Positions 23,631 to 37,833 of a stretch of DNA of 64,000 bases are shown here, one piece after another. A program made the position numbers and the translations under genes. The stretch covers positions 39,496,001 through 39,560,000 of the forward strand of contig OZ076409.1 of the NCBI GenBank assembly GCA_964187785.1, written 5' to 3'. The notes below the pieces were generated by a model. It did no database searches and had not been told where the DNA came from. It was given only the letters and a program-made list of their open reading frames with translations. The DNA is from Amphiscolops sp. MND2022 (lineage: Eukaryota). Position 1 is the stretch's first letter, and every line of letters begins with the position of its first letter.

Positions 23631-24460
23631 CAAAAACATTGTTATTTGAAAACGCTAGGTATTTGAAAACATGGATTCGATCTCATTTTCTTTGACCATT
23701 TTACTTCGATCTCAGTGACAGATTGCATATTCGCGCAAATTCATTCGATCCAAACGCCCACCGCCGTTCGGGACGAAGACCACTTAAGCGAACTTTACTA
23801 CTTGTAAATCCGCGTTTTAATGTCCGTTTTGTTTCCTCAAGAAATATATGTCTTCTTTGCTTCGTAATCGTTACAAGTTCACATGCCTCTTTGAGTTTCT
23901 GAATTGAGATTCCTCCTGGGTCCTTTGAAATCTCTAGTTGCATGATCCTTTCCTTATTTTTTTGTTTCCTATGTTTGTTGGATTTTTTTGTCTGCCGCCC
24001 GGGCTGGGGGCACATGATGAATACAGAAGCGTTTTTTAAGAAACGCTGATTGATGACGACGATCCAATTCTGAACGCCATAAAAAACGGTTATCGGATGC
24101 TTTCAGAAGTTTGCAGAAACTAATGGTACGAAATCGTACCATCGTCCATTTGGAGTTAATTGCAAATACTTATGCCTTGGATAATCATTCCAGTATTACA
24201 CTAAAAGGTTTGCAGAGGAAATATTTTTGAGGAACGCATAAAATAAGACTTCCAAACTATTCAGAAATTTTAATAGTTGCTGATTATAAAATGTTTTTGG
24301 AGTATAACCTGTATTTGTAACATAACGACAAATCTTACCAGCTGTCGTTTTTAGTCGGCGCTTCACAAAGTGAAACGCCACTAAAATAGTGACTTTTCAA
24401 TCCACAAGATCTGACCAAAATAGTTCTAAAAATTTCTACAAAATTTCAAGGGCCCAAATG

Positions 24461-24570
24461 TAAGGGCTTTCGAAGCAACGGATTTCAATGGCTCTTCAGA
24501 TCGGCAATGCGGCCTGTGTTCTAGGAACTGTTAGCGACAGATGCGTTCGAAGAAATTTATTACATATAGC
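24461..24570 (+). mobile_element. 3'-terminal fragment of a second CRE-like element
   Basis: Translates SMALQIGNAACVLGTVS...FEEIYYI*, homologous to the CRE C-terminus at 23246-23325. Confidence 0.7.
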
Positions 24571-24817
24571 TAGTTTTTTTAAAACCTATATCATTGCAGC
24601 TTTAAAAGAAAATTCTACCGGTCGACTGCGATAGTGGCTGGTATGAGTAGATTGTTGGTTGTTTCTTTTTGCTAGTGGTCTACTGGGATAGTGGCTGGTA
24701 TGGGGTTCCCTACTTTCGTTGCAGATCACGGGTGTGTGTCTTCTCGCCCCAACATGATGATACACATGGCACTTGATTGATGACGAAGATCCATGATATC
24801 TGATAGAGGATAAAATG

Positions 24818-25257
24818 TAGGGGTTGTCAAAAATTAATTGCTTCCAATTACATTGCAATTAATTGCAATCAATTAATTGATTTCATCCATTTCACAATTA
24901 CAATTAATTGATTTCAGATTACCAATTAATTGGTGCTGCAATAGCTATGTACTGCGACGCCACAGCTCTTTTTCAGAGATAAAATTACCATTCCTACGAG
25001 CAGGAAATTACGTAAATCGATTGCAGCCGACAAATTTGACGAATTCACTGCAAGTTTTTTATTCGATACGATCTTTTAAATCAGTCTAAACGTTCACTTT
25101 TTTCCTTAAGATAAATAAGAAGCTCTGGTATCAAGAACTCGTAACAAAATGCACCAATTAATTGCAATAATTGATTGTAACAAACTAGTAATTACAATTA
25201 ATTGATTGGTAAACCCTATAATTGATTGTTGTGAAGAAAAAATTTTGACAGCCCCTG
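24818..25257. mobile_element. hAT-type MITE with CAATTAATTG repeats
   Basis: TIRs TAGGGGTTGTCAAAA / TTTTGACAGCCCCTG; flanks ATAAAATG / GCCAAATG (partial 8-bp TSD). Confidence 0.7.
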
Positions 25258-26139
25258 GCCAAATGGTACAATTTGGCCCAGGAACTGAACTAACTCAAAT
25301 AGTTCTTTTTTAGCGTTCCTTCCAATTTTTTCGGCATTGAGACTGTTCAAAATTCTCATTTTTCGTTTGCCCTAGCGATGGCGCACCAGTTCAGTCCTCC
25401 TTTGGTTTTTAAATACTGTGCAAGAGAATACTTGACACTTTAAAGTCCTTGTGCTATTTTTAAACCTCAAGTGTAGCGCCGATTGCTGCCGTTCCCGGTT
25501 TCTTCCTAATATGAGTCACTTTTTAGTCGGTGCCTTATGAGTTACCACGCGACTTTTATAGAGCTTTTCGTCGTGTTGTTTTTCAATTCGGTCGAGGTGG
25601 CCATTCATGTTGAATGTGAAAATTTTTAACGAATTTTCTACGAAAAAGCCAATTGTTCTGAAAGGTCATCCCTTTCAAATTTCGACAATTATTTGAATTT
25701 TAGGATTTTAGGGTAATGTGTGAAAATTTAGGGTAATGTGTGACTTTTTTGGGAAATATTTTGTTCTCTTTAGTTTTTTGATGTTTCTGGTGAGAAAAAG
25801 TCATTTTAAGCCAAAAAGGCCCCCTTTTTTCGGTACTGTAAATTGTATGCAAAAGAGAATCTTTGACGCTTTAAAGTACTTTTCTTATTGAGCCAGAAGC
25901 GACTTATGCTGTTCCCGCCTTGTTTGATATATATTACATGCTGATATGCGTTTTCACTATGCCCCCAACAAGTATGTTTAATATGAATGGATCGCCCCTT
26001 TCATTCATTTTGACATTTTGCAGAATTTTTATGACCACTTCGGCCGTATTGAATGAAGGACCGTGGAGTTTAATCTTTCGATGAACCTTGTTGCTATCCC
26101 AAAAGCAGATTGTCCAAACTTTTATTCCAATCGTTGTAA

Positions 26140-29100
26140 TGTTCGCCGTTAGCGGCGACTACACTTTGTGGGGTAGTTTTCGTAGAAGAAAATTAGTGTT
26201 TGTAAAATCTTCAGTTGAATTGATTCAAATCTTCAATACCAGCAAATTTAGCTAAGTATTCAATTTCCCACAAAATTAAGTAAAAGGTTTCACTAACCAT
26301 GCTGACTTTCTCGTAAATCGTTGAATCGAAAGTGAAATTACATAACCTACGTTAATTGTTAATCATCACAACATCGCTTGTTTCATTGAAAAGTCATTCA
26401 TGAGTTTCTTGAATGGCACACTCCGGACGGGGTTAACAAGATTACATCCTTACTGCTCATCCTTGGGCACAATAATGACTAAGTTTTGCATTGGCCGAGA
26501 CAAAAGTGTCTTGCATTTGTCTTTACTGACAACTTCAACTTCACATCTCTCACGATTATCTAGTCCAGGCTAGACGTTTTTGACAATGCCAAGCTTCCAA
26601 ATACCTCGAATTGCATTTTGATCCTCTAACAATACTACATCGCCGGCTGGAATGTTCTTCCGTTCTCTTTTCCAGGTTTTGTAGTGAGCCATTTGAGGCA
26701 AGGAAGACTGTTCATTTCTTCCAGAACGGATTCATAATAGTTTCAACTAGCTTATGTCAAGCCCTGTTTCGACATGGATGAAGGGCACTGATTGATTCAT
26801 TGTTCGACCAAGTAGAAGACTATCAGGAGACAAGTAAAAACCATCTTCCGGTTGAGTAGGATGCCTGCCAATTGGACGATCATTGAGCAAATTAGCTGCC
26901 TCAAGTAGCACTCTGCAATTCGATAAGGGTTGAAACTCGACTACCAATTGCGAACAACAAACATTTTTTCACAGAAGCGATTAATGATTCTGCATATGCT
27001 TGACGCCTAGGTGCACCGCCTGGAGCAAACTCCCATCTAACTCCTTCAAAAAGCAGTTCTGACAGAATATCGGGATCGAGAACTCGATAAACACTTTGGA
27101 GTTGCCTGTTTGCACCAACCAATTGTGTGCCAGAATCTAATTGAATCACCTCGGGGTAACCTCTTATAGTAACAAATCTTCGGAATGTTTGCAAGAATTC
27201 TTCTGTTGAGTAGTTTAAAACAATGTCCAAGTAAACTGCTCTGGAAAACAAACATTGCATAAAATTGCCGCATACATTTTCCTTACAGTTGTTTTTCTGA
27301 AGCAATCTTTAACTTCATACGGTCCAAAAAGATCAACGCAGATGCTTGATAAAGGATATGCAAAATCAGTTCTTTCATCAGTATGTGCTCCATTAACTGA
27401 AATGTACGGGCTCTGGTTTTGTTGAAAATTTTACGACTTGTTCATTTCTTCAGGATAAATTCTGCTGGTTTTAACAAATGAAAAACCCAAACGTTTGTTC
27501 TGACTTTGCTGGCTGTGTGTAAAACTCCACCATGTCCATTTCATGAGCATCTTTCATCAAAGGTTCAACTAATGGCGACTTTGGAATCGAAGGAACTGTC
27601 TGTTGAATCCTCCGCCCCACAGGAATAATTTCATTCGCGTCCAAATAAGCTCCCAATGAATCAAATTTCCCAGCTTGAAAATCTGTCAATCTTGTTTTGT
27701 TCAGACCTCTCTATAAATTCCCAGGCTTTTCCAATTTTCCGGTATTCGGCATCTTTTTGACTTTCCGGAACGATCTTGAAGAACAAACTGACAACACTCG
27801 GGCAATCGTTCGAAAAAGTGAGTTAACATTCGAAAATCTTGTAGCGTCAAAATCCACGTAAGGAGTTTTTCTTTGATTAACTAGAAACATTTTGCAGGGA
27901 ATAAATTCTGGCAGTAGCTCTTTCGCATACATTTTTTGTTCAAGGGGCCATTCAAACATTTAATTTCTGAGAAATGAAGGTCCTGTGTGCCATTGGCTAT
28001 CGACTCTGAGTTCTTTCGGAAAAGCCCTCTAGAAATTGAATCAGCCACATTCACTTCACCTGAGACCCAATAGAAAGTGTTCCGATTTTCAGTTTTCTGA
28101 ATTATGCCCAGTTTCACTCCACTGAAAGATTTGAAACCAAAGGAGTCCTTTTGTATCATTGCTCTTACAACTTCAGAATCACAAATGAACTTCACATATT
28201 TAATATTTTGTCTGGAATGTTTGAAAAGGAACTTTTTCAATCTGACAGCAACTAGAACACCACGCAATTCCAGTCGTACATTTGATGTTTGCTTCTTCGG
28301 GGCTAGTCTGCTTTTAGCAACAATTAACCTACTTTTAGCTTCATTAGTCCTGATTGAGAGAGTCTATACAGCGTAGGCAACTGCCCCATATGCATCTTTG
28401 GAGGCATCACTGAATATTACAAGTACTGGATCACCAACGGTCTGATACGGTCTAATGCAACGCGTAAACTAAATTTCGGCCATTTCAAAAAGTTCTTGAA
28501 ACAACAAAATCCATTCAGTAGTGAGTTCATCCGACAAGGCATCATCCCAATCAGAAGCTTCCTCTAAAATCCATGTTTTTCGCATCAGTTTTTTTAGCTT
28601 TCACAATGAATGGTGTTGCTAATCCTAAGGGGTCGTAAATGGAATTGACTTGACTCAAAGCTTGGCGTCTTTTTAAATTGTCTATACCATCTTTTTTGAG
28701 ATCCTCTGCTGCGTGGTACGTTTCGGTGGGTTCTTTTCCTGATTTTTGCTTGATAACAATTTTTGACTTGAATTCAGAAACATCTTTCTGCTAATTCCAG
28801 TAAAGTCCCAAAACTTTTTCATGAGATGTGAAACTTTCTTTATCGGATGGAGGCTCCTTATGACCTGAATAGATCCAGTTTTTTATTTAAAAATATCCTT
28901 CAGCTAACATTTCATCAGTTTTTCAGTTCGTGTGTTGGCTACGTCATGATCATGGACGCTGTCGACAATGTCATCCATATTAGTTGAACCTAGAATAACT
29001 TTTTTCTTCCGAGTACTCGTCGTATGCCATTCCGGCTGTTTTTCTTAAGGCGAGCTGTGCAATTGTTGCTGCGGGTCTGTCACCGAAAGAAACTACTTGC

Positions 29101-32093
29101 ATCATATAATGGTCTGGTTTATCATCTTGTCGGCAATCTCTCCACAAAAAACGACGTGTCTGCTGATCTTGAGGATCTAATCGCACTGTATGATACATTT
29201 TTTTCACCTCGCCGATATAGCCCACAAAATTTTCTCTAAATTTGACTTGAATACCCAAAAGATTGCCCAATAGATTGTAACTTTTAGCCCAATACTCATT
29301 TGAAACGTGATTTTTGTAATTTGCAGAAACGTTGAAAACTATTGGACGAGTAGAAGGTGAATCTTGCTTTAGTACTTCATTATGGCTGATATAGTGCACT
29401 GGACCGTCATAATTAAATCTTTTGACATCTTCGCGACTCCTCGTTCTATCATATCCTAATTTGACTTTGGTACGTTTTCGCTTCATCAGCCTCCTTTCAG
29501 TAGTAAATAACATCTTCTCTGCAACGTGAAAGTCTGCATCTTCTCACAAACAGTCAAACCCTTTTCAATTATTTCTAACTTTTTTGTTCCTTGATTGAAA
29601 ACTCAGAGGAACCAAGAGGACAACTACCACATTGGCAGATGCCACATTTGGGGTTACAAGGAATTCCTAAGTTTGCAACATTGTGAAAATCTTTCATAGT
29701 GATAGCTCTCTGCACGAAGTTAACCTTGGTGAAAGTTTATCCAAACGAGTGGCAGCTACTACCACTAACACATTTACCAAAAGCATTCTTAAACAAGACA
29801 GTTATTTTTTCTTTTCGCGGGTACAGGATGACACTGAACCACGTTCAAACCTAAGAGTAAACCAATATGAGATTCCTGACTATATTTGCAAGCAAAATCT
29901 TCTGGAAACAGTTTCTGCAGTTCTGTATTGTACATATCTCTAGAAATTTCGTCAACGCCGTAACCTTCAATTTGCACTAGGTTGTTTTTCCGCTCCTTGA
30001 TTTGCATAACAAAGATTCGTTTGTTTTTTGACAACTCTGCCCAATGTTTCCATTGTAATCCAAATAGGTTTTCCTTTCAGCTTCAAGTTATCGGCTACCT
30101 TGTTGAGAAATGAAGAAACTGTAGACCCAGAATCCCATAGGGCTGATACTTATTTTTTTCAACCAGAGCTGACTTCAATGGGCATAATCTGCAGTAAACT
30201 TTTTTCTGGATTGTTTGAAATATCGCATTTTGCAGAAAAACCGTTTGTTTCATTTCTGTTGCTCAGAAAATTATCATCGTGTAAAAGAAGATGATTTCTA
30301 CCGCATTCAGCTTTACTGCAAACTTTTCTGGTGTGCCAAGTTCTGGATGTGTGCCCAGCGGCGAGACCATTGAAACAAGCACGATTATCTTCACCAATAT
30401 CAGCTCTTTCCTTCGCGTTTTCGTCCAGAAACAATGGACAGTCTTCGGTTTTATGAGTTCCACTTGGAAGAAGACACTTGTTTTTCGGGAAACCAGCCTC
30501 TTCACTTTTAGAAATTGTCATTTTCACATTTCCTTTGATATCATCTCTGTTACGTTTCAAGTTGATCTCATATTCAATCACCATTTTTCTTTCGAGTAGA
30601 AACTTCAAGAATCCCGGAAACTTATCCCTTTCACAATTGATCCCTTTCATCAATTGTACTCTTTGTCATAAATTCGTTCTATCCATTTTCTTCTCAATTC
30701 GGCTGGCAGCTTTTCTTCAATGATTGAAATGATTGTACTATTTTTGATTTCTGATTCACGTCCCAAGGACTTCAGTTCTAGATCAGCTTCTTCAATAAAA
30801 TTCAACAGACGACGTTCTTCATTATCTCGGACAGGCTTGTAGTGTTTTATGTAGTTTAACACAATTTCCACAATTTCACGTTCATCACCATACCGTTCTC
30901 CTAAACGTCGCCACAGTTCTTTTAAATCATCGCTCATATTCCGCTTCAAACTTTTTGTTATCTGGTAATCCGTTTCTCAGAGCGTATGACACAGTAGCTT
31001 CATCCTTCATCACATTTTCAACTTGTTTTTCAAAATCTTTTCTGAATTGAGGCCAGTCTCTGCATTTTCCGCTGAACTTAGGAAACTTGAGCTTTTCCAT
31101 GTGTGTAAAAGGTTTTCTGTCTTGCAAAACATCAGCGCCTCCGTTTTCTGACTGAAAAGATTCTGAACTGGAGGCGGCATACATCATATCAAAAGACTTC
31201 GTTGAAATTTCAGTGAATTCATTTCCTTTTTTGAAAGTTGTCTCAAATTCAGAAAAAAATCAATGACAATCTTCTCTTCTTTGTATTGGTTATCGAGGTC
31301 GTATTTGACGTTTTTCAAAACTCGTTCTGTAACTTTTGGAAGGTTTTCAAACGATTGACAAATGTTGTGTAATCTTGACTTCAACCTTGTACTTTTCTTT
31401 CATTTTTCTAAGTGTTTCTTTTATTTCATCTTGACTTTTCAATTCATCTGATTCAGCAAGCTCTATTGTTTTCTTTTCTAGTTTCTTTTTCCCTTTTCGT
31501 TTTCACATTTTCAGTAAAATATCGTGTTGGCACTTTTTTTGATCTTAGTGCATGGAATCGGTTTTCAGGCTCGTCAATCCAAGAAATTTCATTATCGTAC
31601 TTTTCTTGGTCTAATTTAAGCAAATACTCATTTTGCTTTTCTTGAAGAGTCCATGTTTTCACAATGTTGTCAAAACAATCGGTTTTTGCTTCGGCAGATT
31701 TTTTCGTCTTCAGATAGAAAAGTCTCATACCTGTTAAATGCTTTGGTAATGTTTCGTAAAGACAAACTTCCAACCCTCTGTTCCACTTGGACTTGAGAAG
31801 GGGTTGTCATGATTTGAATTTGCCGTGAGGGGCGACTACACTTCGTGGGATAGTTTTCGTAGAAGAAAATCAGTGTTTGTGAAATTTTCAGTTGAATTGA
31901 TTCAAGTCTACAATACCAGCAAATTTAGCTAAGTATTCAATTTCCCACAAAATTGAAACGTTTCACTAACCATGCTGACTTTCTCGTAAATCGTTGACTC
32001 AAAAGTGAAATTACATAACCTACGTTAATTGTTAATCATCGCAACATCGATTGTTTCATTGAAAAGTCATTCATGAGTTTCTTGAATGACACA
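26140..32093 (-). mobile_element. Decayed BEL/Pao LTR retrotransposon
   Basis: ~280-bp LTRs at 26140-26420 and ~31817-32093; gag KLKFPKFSG and CCHC knuckles; protease ALWDSGS; RT RFLWR...SFGDRPA, MDDI; RNase H IFSDAS; integrase SRAVYLD, DSGTQLVG, LLNDRPI. Many stops and frameshifts; no clear TSD. Confidence 0.92.
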
Positions 32094-33266
32094 TAATGTG
32101 TCAACTAATTTCGCAATTAATGTTAGTGATTCGAATGAAAAAATGTATCCTTTGAAACCATACAAAACCATTCGATTTTGTAATTTTTCCGTTATAGGTT
32201 ATTCGGTGTAGAAACGCGAGTTTCGGTCTTGTCGGGGCCGAAGCACCCCTTTTCCGAAGCGTGCTATCTATTTAGAGCTTTCGTGGGCTACAGAAATGAT
32301 GATAAATGATCAGTTCAGCAACCGAGGCTGAAAAACTACAATGAGCTTTGCTCCTTTTGAGAGGTGTTCAACGTGGTATTTTTGACTGCCATTCCCGCAA
32401 AAGTTCAGTAATACTGTCAACGCCTGTGGTTCTCTTTTGTCCAGGGATGATTGTTTTTTATTTCAGATTGATATTTGAATGAGCACAGTGATTGAAAATA
32501 TCAATAAACCGGGTGCTGCTGCAAAGCCCTCGATTGAAATCAATCGGTGATGAATCAATGTAAATGTTCGTTTCAATATTGTCACTCACTACTACACAGC
32601 TTATCAATTTAATCCACCCAGGGTTTTTATGTTCATGGTAATCAAATGGTATCACTAATGGGCAAACATTCTACAAATATCTGCGAATCAATCTTGAAGA
32701 TATCTGCGAATGTTGGATATGTAGTTTTAACCGCCACGATATTGCCAGCAAAATTAGCTTGACGCTGGCGGAAGTTGCATTACTGCAGTTGTTATTCGAC
32801 ACAGTGCACATAATTAGCCACTGTTCCTGTCACAGTCAGAAAGAAACAAAGCTGTGTCTACTTTTGTTTGTCTCTCCTACACGTCTAAATCCTGTTCCCG
32901 TCTTACAGCTCCTCTAGTATTTCTACAGCATTGATTGTATGCTTGTTTTTCACATAATTTCCTTAAAGTAAGACCTTGTTAATCTTCTGTGCTCTCCTCT
33001 CAGTTGTTACCATCCTCAACTAGTTGTGCTAGTTAATAGACCAACATAGCCACCGCGGATCCTCAACTTTTGTGTTTATCCCTACATTAGTCGTCACATT
33101 TCTCGGCATTACTTGTAACCTAACCTAAAAAGAAACCGAGGCAGGCATTTATTCACGCATTTCCTCTGCTGTAAGAAAGCATTTTAATGCAACGACTACA
33201 AGCAGCGTGATAAACAGTTCACCGGTGTCCTTGCATTTCTTTTTCGTGGAAAATAAATTGTCCTAG

Positions 33267-33761
33267 AGTACAACGGTTACGAACTTCTTACGTAATATGA
33301 CCGCCGACCATCGTACAGTACAGTCTAAGCATTATTGAAACAAAATACTGTAGTCGTGTGCTATTTAATTCCTTTTGTTCGTCTCTGTTATCCTTTCCCA
33401 AGTTCATTTGTGATCGAATAGCCTGTTTTCAACTTGCCCAACTCCTCACAGCAGTATTTTGTTTTACTTCATTTCCATCTTCGGCAGCAGCCACCACGTT
33501 TTCTCTTCTGTCAGTACAACGGTTACGAACTTCTTACGTAATATGACCGCCGACCATCGTACAGTACAGTCTAAGCATTATTGAAACAAAATACTGTAGT
33601 CGTGTGCTATTTAATTCCTTTTGTTCGTCTCTGTTATCCTTTCCCAAGTTCATTTGTGATCGAATAGCCTGTTTTCAACTTGCCCAACTCCTCACAGCAG
33701 TATTTTGTTTTACTTCATTTCCATCTTCGGCAGCAGCCACCACGTTTTCTCTTCTGTCAGT
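33267..33761. repeat. Tandem duplication, 2 x 246 bp
   Basis: 33267-33512 repeats at 33513-33758, apparently identical, with AGT junction microhomology. Confidence 0.9.
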
Positions 33762-35479
33762 GTTGGTCGTGGTAGTGTAACAGAGGCCTCAATCTCGGCC
33801 GAAACACGTTGAATTTTCACTCTGCATGTCGAGCTATCGAAACCGACGACGACCTGCCACCTCAGTTGTTAGAACAAACGACAAGCTCAGCTCTACACGA
33901 CTAGCAATCTTATTTTCTTTTCAATTACGCAGCTATTTTTATTCTATCCCAAGTCTTCTGTCTTTCCTTCGCTCCTAGCTAGCTAGAACGACCGCCGTTC
34001 AATTTTATCATTATTATTGTACACCATACGTACGGTTGGAGTTAAGTTGCGTGCTAGTGTAAAATACAAGCCGTGCGTTAAAAAAAGTGGTAGCTTGGTG
34101 TATTGCAGTGTTTTGTGGAATAGAACAGAATAGTACCATTGAAAGTGGTGTTGAAGGCCTCCGACCGCAGCGCCGGCGCTCTCTTACTGCTCTTGTTTTT
34201 ACCGCTCGTGCGTTTGTTCGATTACAAGTCAGACTCGTGGTCCTCCGCTGTTGTTCCTCCAATGTTGTCACCGCTCTACAACGGTAGCAGCAGCGGCAAG
34301 CTCAACAACTAGAGCTAGCTAGTCCTATTTCTAGTCCCCCAAAGTGCGGCTGCACATGCAACCTACATTTATGTGCATGTTACCTTGGCTTCTTTCTTCT
34401 CGGTGGCGGCAGTGGCAGCGGCGACATTGAAGGCCTTGTTGCTGCAATTGAACGCTACACTTCTCAGTCCACTTGAAGCGCCCTCAACCAACCGGATAGA
34501 TGCTCAAAAATAACACAAGTACTTCTGATACCTGGTCTTCTACTCGCTGTATTGAGCTGAGCAGCTTTACAAGATGAAGCGACGGTGTACAAGTCAAAGA
34601 AGTATCAAACTACCAAACTATTCGATAAAATTTCGATGCTCATGTGCATATATTGCAACTGGCTCTGTCGGCAAGCGATAGTCGCTGATACATTGTCATA
34701 CAGTTCTTCATAGCTACTACTAATTGATCGGACGAACTGATCCAAAATAGAATCGAATAATAACTGCATCGTATATTTAGTGATTTGACCTCAAGTTTTT
34801 ACAAATGTCTGAGTAAACTTGAAAAATTAGTTTACTGAGGTCTTTCTTCATCTTTCAATTGAACATACGACCACATAATTATGTACACAATGCTGCGTTT
34901 CATCTGTTATGTTAAATTGTTTTATACCACAAAGGTTGGCGTGTTGTAGTTGGCTCAAATTTGAACATACGATGAAGAAACAGCTCCGCGTCGTAGCTAA
35001 TTATGCCACCGATTGACCAAAAAGCCAACCTAATCTGTTTCATTTGTCGGCAAAGCTAGAAATATTCTACATGTGACTGCTACTTAATTTACTTCAGCGC
35101 GTACCGATATCATAACCGACTTTGATATTGCTATAGTTGATATCACTCAACTAGCCATCGTCTTTGTTCTCTGGACCACGAAAACCCAGATCGTCTCACT
35201 GTGGCATTAGCTAAGGCCAAGTGACTAACCCGCATCTTCGTGTTTCCGTTGTCATTATAAAACTCCTATTAAATAGGATACATTTGTTAAGTGTGCAAAA
35301 TATTTGTTTGTTAATTTGTGTAAGGTTCAACTCTTACATTCAGCTCACTCATTAACAGCACTTCTATCCCTTTAGTTTGTCGCTCTTTTGTTTGTTGCTT
35401 AAATTTTATACCGTCTTCCAATTCATTGAAGGAAGAGTGGATCTTGAAAGATAGTCCAAAGATAGTCCCATACCCTACA

Positions 35480-35963
35480 ATGAGAGCGAGTCAGGAATTC
35501 CTGATGAGACCTCTTACACTCCTGCTTTTGTTGTCTCTCCAAATGAATGGAGCCGCCGCACCATTTGGCAACAACCCAGCCACCAACAACTCAATTCTGA
35601 TCGGAGAAAAGGGCCCTGGCAAAACAGAGTATCGTTTGGGAGTTCTAGCCCCTGGCTTCTTACGTCATGAAAACGATTTTTCAGGATTGAATCTAAATGC
35701 CACCATTGTTGCCCTTCAAATGTCGATTGAAAAATGGCAACCGAAGATATTACCAGACTTCTATTTCAAATTAATCTATCAAGACACTGAGTGTGACTTC
35801 CAGAAGCACAGCATGTCTCCTGTTTACCTCTACTCCGATTCCCACGTCCATGCATTCTTCGGTCCCATGTGTGTCACCATTGTCAGCTGGACAACTCAGG
35901 TCGCCAAACTTAACGATCTCCCTGTCATGACTGTTGGCTCGCCCAGCAAAGCCAACATAAAAG
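35480..35963 (+). CDS. Receptor guanylyl cyclase (NPR/GC-type), coding exon 1: signal peptide and start of the ANF-receptor domain
   Basis: Hydrophobic signal LTLLLLLSL; YQDTEC, HAFFGPMC motifs; phase-1 donor AAG|GTGAGA. Confidence 0.88.
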
Positions 35964-36494
35964 GTGAGAGAAACCTTTGTGTTCGTTCTCATAAGTTCTT
36001 GCCCGTCTACTGAGGGTTCTACAAGGGACTGTCTGACAACGCCGCGCCGCGCTGAAAGCGCAAAGTCTCATAGAAATGCCCGTGGTGGCTTTTATGAATT
36101 TTATGACTTTCGGAGTAGCAAAACGCTTTGCCCTTATGTGAATTTTTTTAAATAAAAGAGCATTTAAAAAAAAACGGACAGTGCTGAAAAGCCTTTAGAT
36201 GATGTAAGCTTTTAGGCCTGAAAAACGTTTTCTCGGAAGTTGAGGAGAGAAGTTAATTTCCCCATTACCGCGGGGTGGACGCCGAATAAGCAGTTCTGCT
36301 TTTCGAAGTCGGCGCCCTTTCGGATACTATCTCCCCATAGCAAGCTATGGTACCATATTTGCAGCCAAGTGGTCAAGTAATGGTGGACTTGAAGCTGTGG
36401 TTTCAAAGTAACTTACTCAAGGTCACAAAGGTCTGACTACTCACCGTTGCTCTTTTTGTTTTGCTTTTCTCCGCCAAATGCGTTATTTTTTGTC

Positions 36495-36622
36495 ATTGAC
36501 CATACCACTAAGCTAGGGATGAAGGACTTGCTTAAGGACCAACAATGGTGAGTTGAGAGAGATTCGAACCTGATACCGCCCCAGTACAGGCCGAATGCTC
36601 TAACCACTACGCCATGCTCCCC
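36495..36622 (-). mobile_element. tRNA-derived SINE with CORE-like segment
   Basis: A box TGGCGTAGTGG and B box GGTTCGAATC, followed by CCTTAAGCAAGTCCTT. Confidence 0.7.
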
Positions 36623-37833
36623 ACAAGGGAAAACCGAAGAAACATTCAGTGAAATGATTTTTTTTCAAAAAGTTGGAGTCTTAAAAAATACGCCGCCTAA
36701 AAATGCTTAGACTTCAATTTTGTTTCCTTTTACGGATAGATAAATTTTGCGTGGAAAAATTTGACGTATGTTACAAATTTAAGGTCACGGCTGTGTAATT
36801 TTTATTTTTAGCTGCCTCGCTTCGATAGTAGAATCCATGAAACGCAAAACTATTTTGGGTGTTCGAATTTATGATCATCCGACCACGGAAATGAATTTAC
36901 CGAATGAATTCAAGTTCCTAATATGAACTCAAAGATCATTTCTTCCTGCTAAATCTCAAAGCCATTCTCATCTTAGCGTTTTTAGACGGAGTAACAATTT
37001 TGTGTTTTGTGAAAGCTTTAATGATGAAGGTTTTCCCAAGTCGATTACTGTAAATATTGCTTTGAAAACCAAGTGGGGGCTGTATAACAGGTTATTACAA
37101 CCGAAAGAAGATGTAGGCAGTGGGTGTTTTGCTCATTAGTCGTTTGAGTCAGTCATCATATGACGTCATTCTAACTTTCTCTGCTTCAGAGTCTTGAATG
37201 CACTGTCGAAGTATAAATTATTGAGGCTGCTTGTCATCATTTGGGTTTGATTGGGACTTTCAGATTGTTTTGAGCATAGTAATTCAAAGCTATATGGTAG
37301 GGAAGCATCGCTTTCAAGTGCTTTGTTTTCCGCAAATTTTGAGTCAAAATGTGATTTTTATTCGTTCTGGTTGATGAATTTCAGTCCGTTACTACTCAGA
37401 AAAACCGTCTCTCGGAATAGATTTCCTAAAATTGAATGTATTGCAAGGCTTTTTTCTTCACGCGCTGCTCCAAATCGGCCTTGAAAACTTGACTCAAGTA
37501 ATGAGACATTCTTCGCTGATGTCTGTAACACTTGTGATTTCAACCCGATCATTATAACGTAATTTTCATCTGAACCCATTTAAAAGTTGCTCGAAGTAAG
37601 TTTGCTTTGAATTGAGCAATAAAACCAATTTTAAATCCGTGAATGAAATTTCATGATCTTAAAAAAACCGCCGTACGTTTTTTCACGCAGCTTTCCTTAA
37701 TGCTTTACGTGTTCGGCTGTGCTAAGAAGTTGTGTCAATCATTATCAAACGAGAAAAACAAGTTAAAGTTTACCTAAGGAGCAGCACTGATTGCTACTTG
37801 AGATTCATGATTCTAGTAACTTTGTGTTATAGG

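Noticed and set aside
26135..32098. TSD and PBS for the BEL/Pao element
   Set aside because: Flanks do not match convincingly and no TGG-initiated PBS is visible; boundaries are approximate.
35426..35479. ORF-track start at TTG 35426
   Set aside because: Eukaryotic gene; ATG 35480 (or 35504) directly precedes the signal peptide.
36546..36622. Functional tRNA gene (also considered for 52840-52915 and 57712-57778)
   Set aside because: Acceptor and anticodon stems pair poorly and the sequences run into repeat bodies; treated as SINE heads or pseudogenes.
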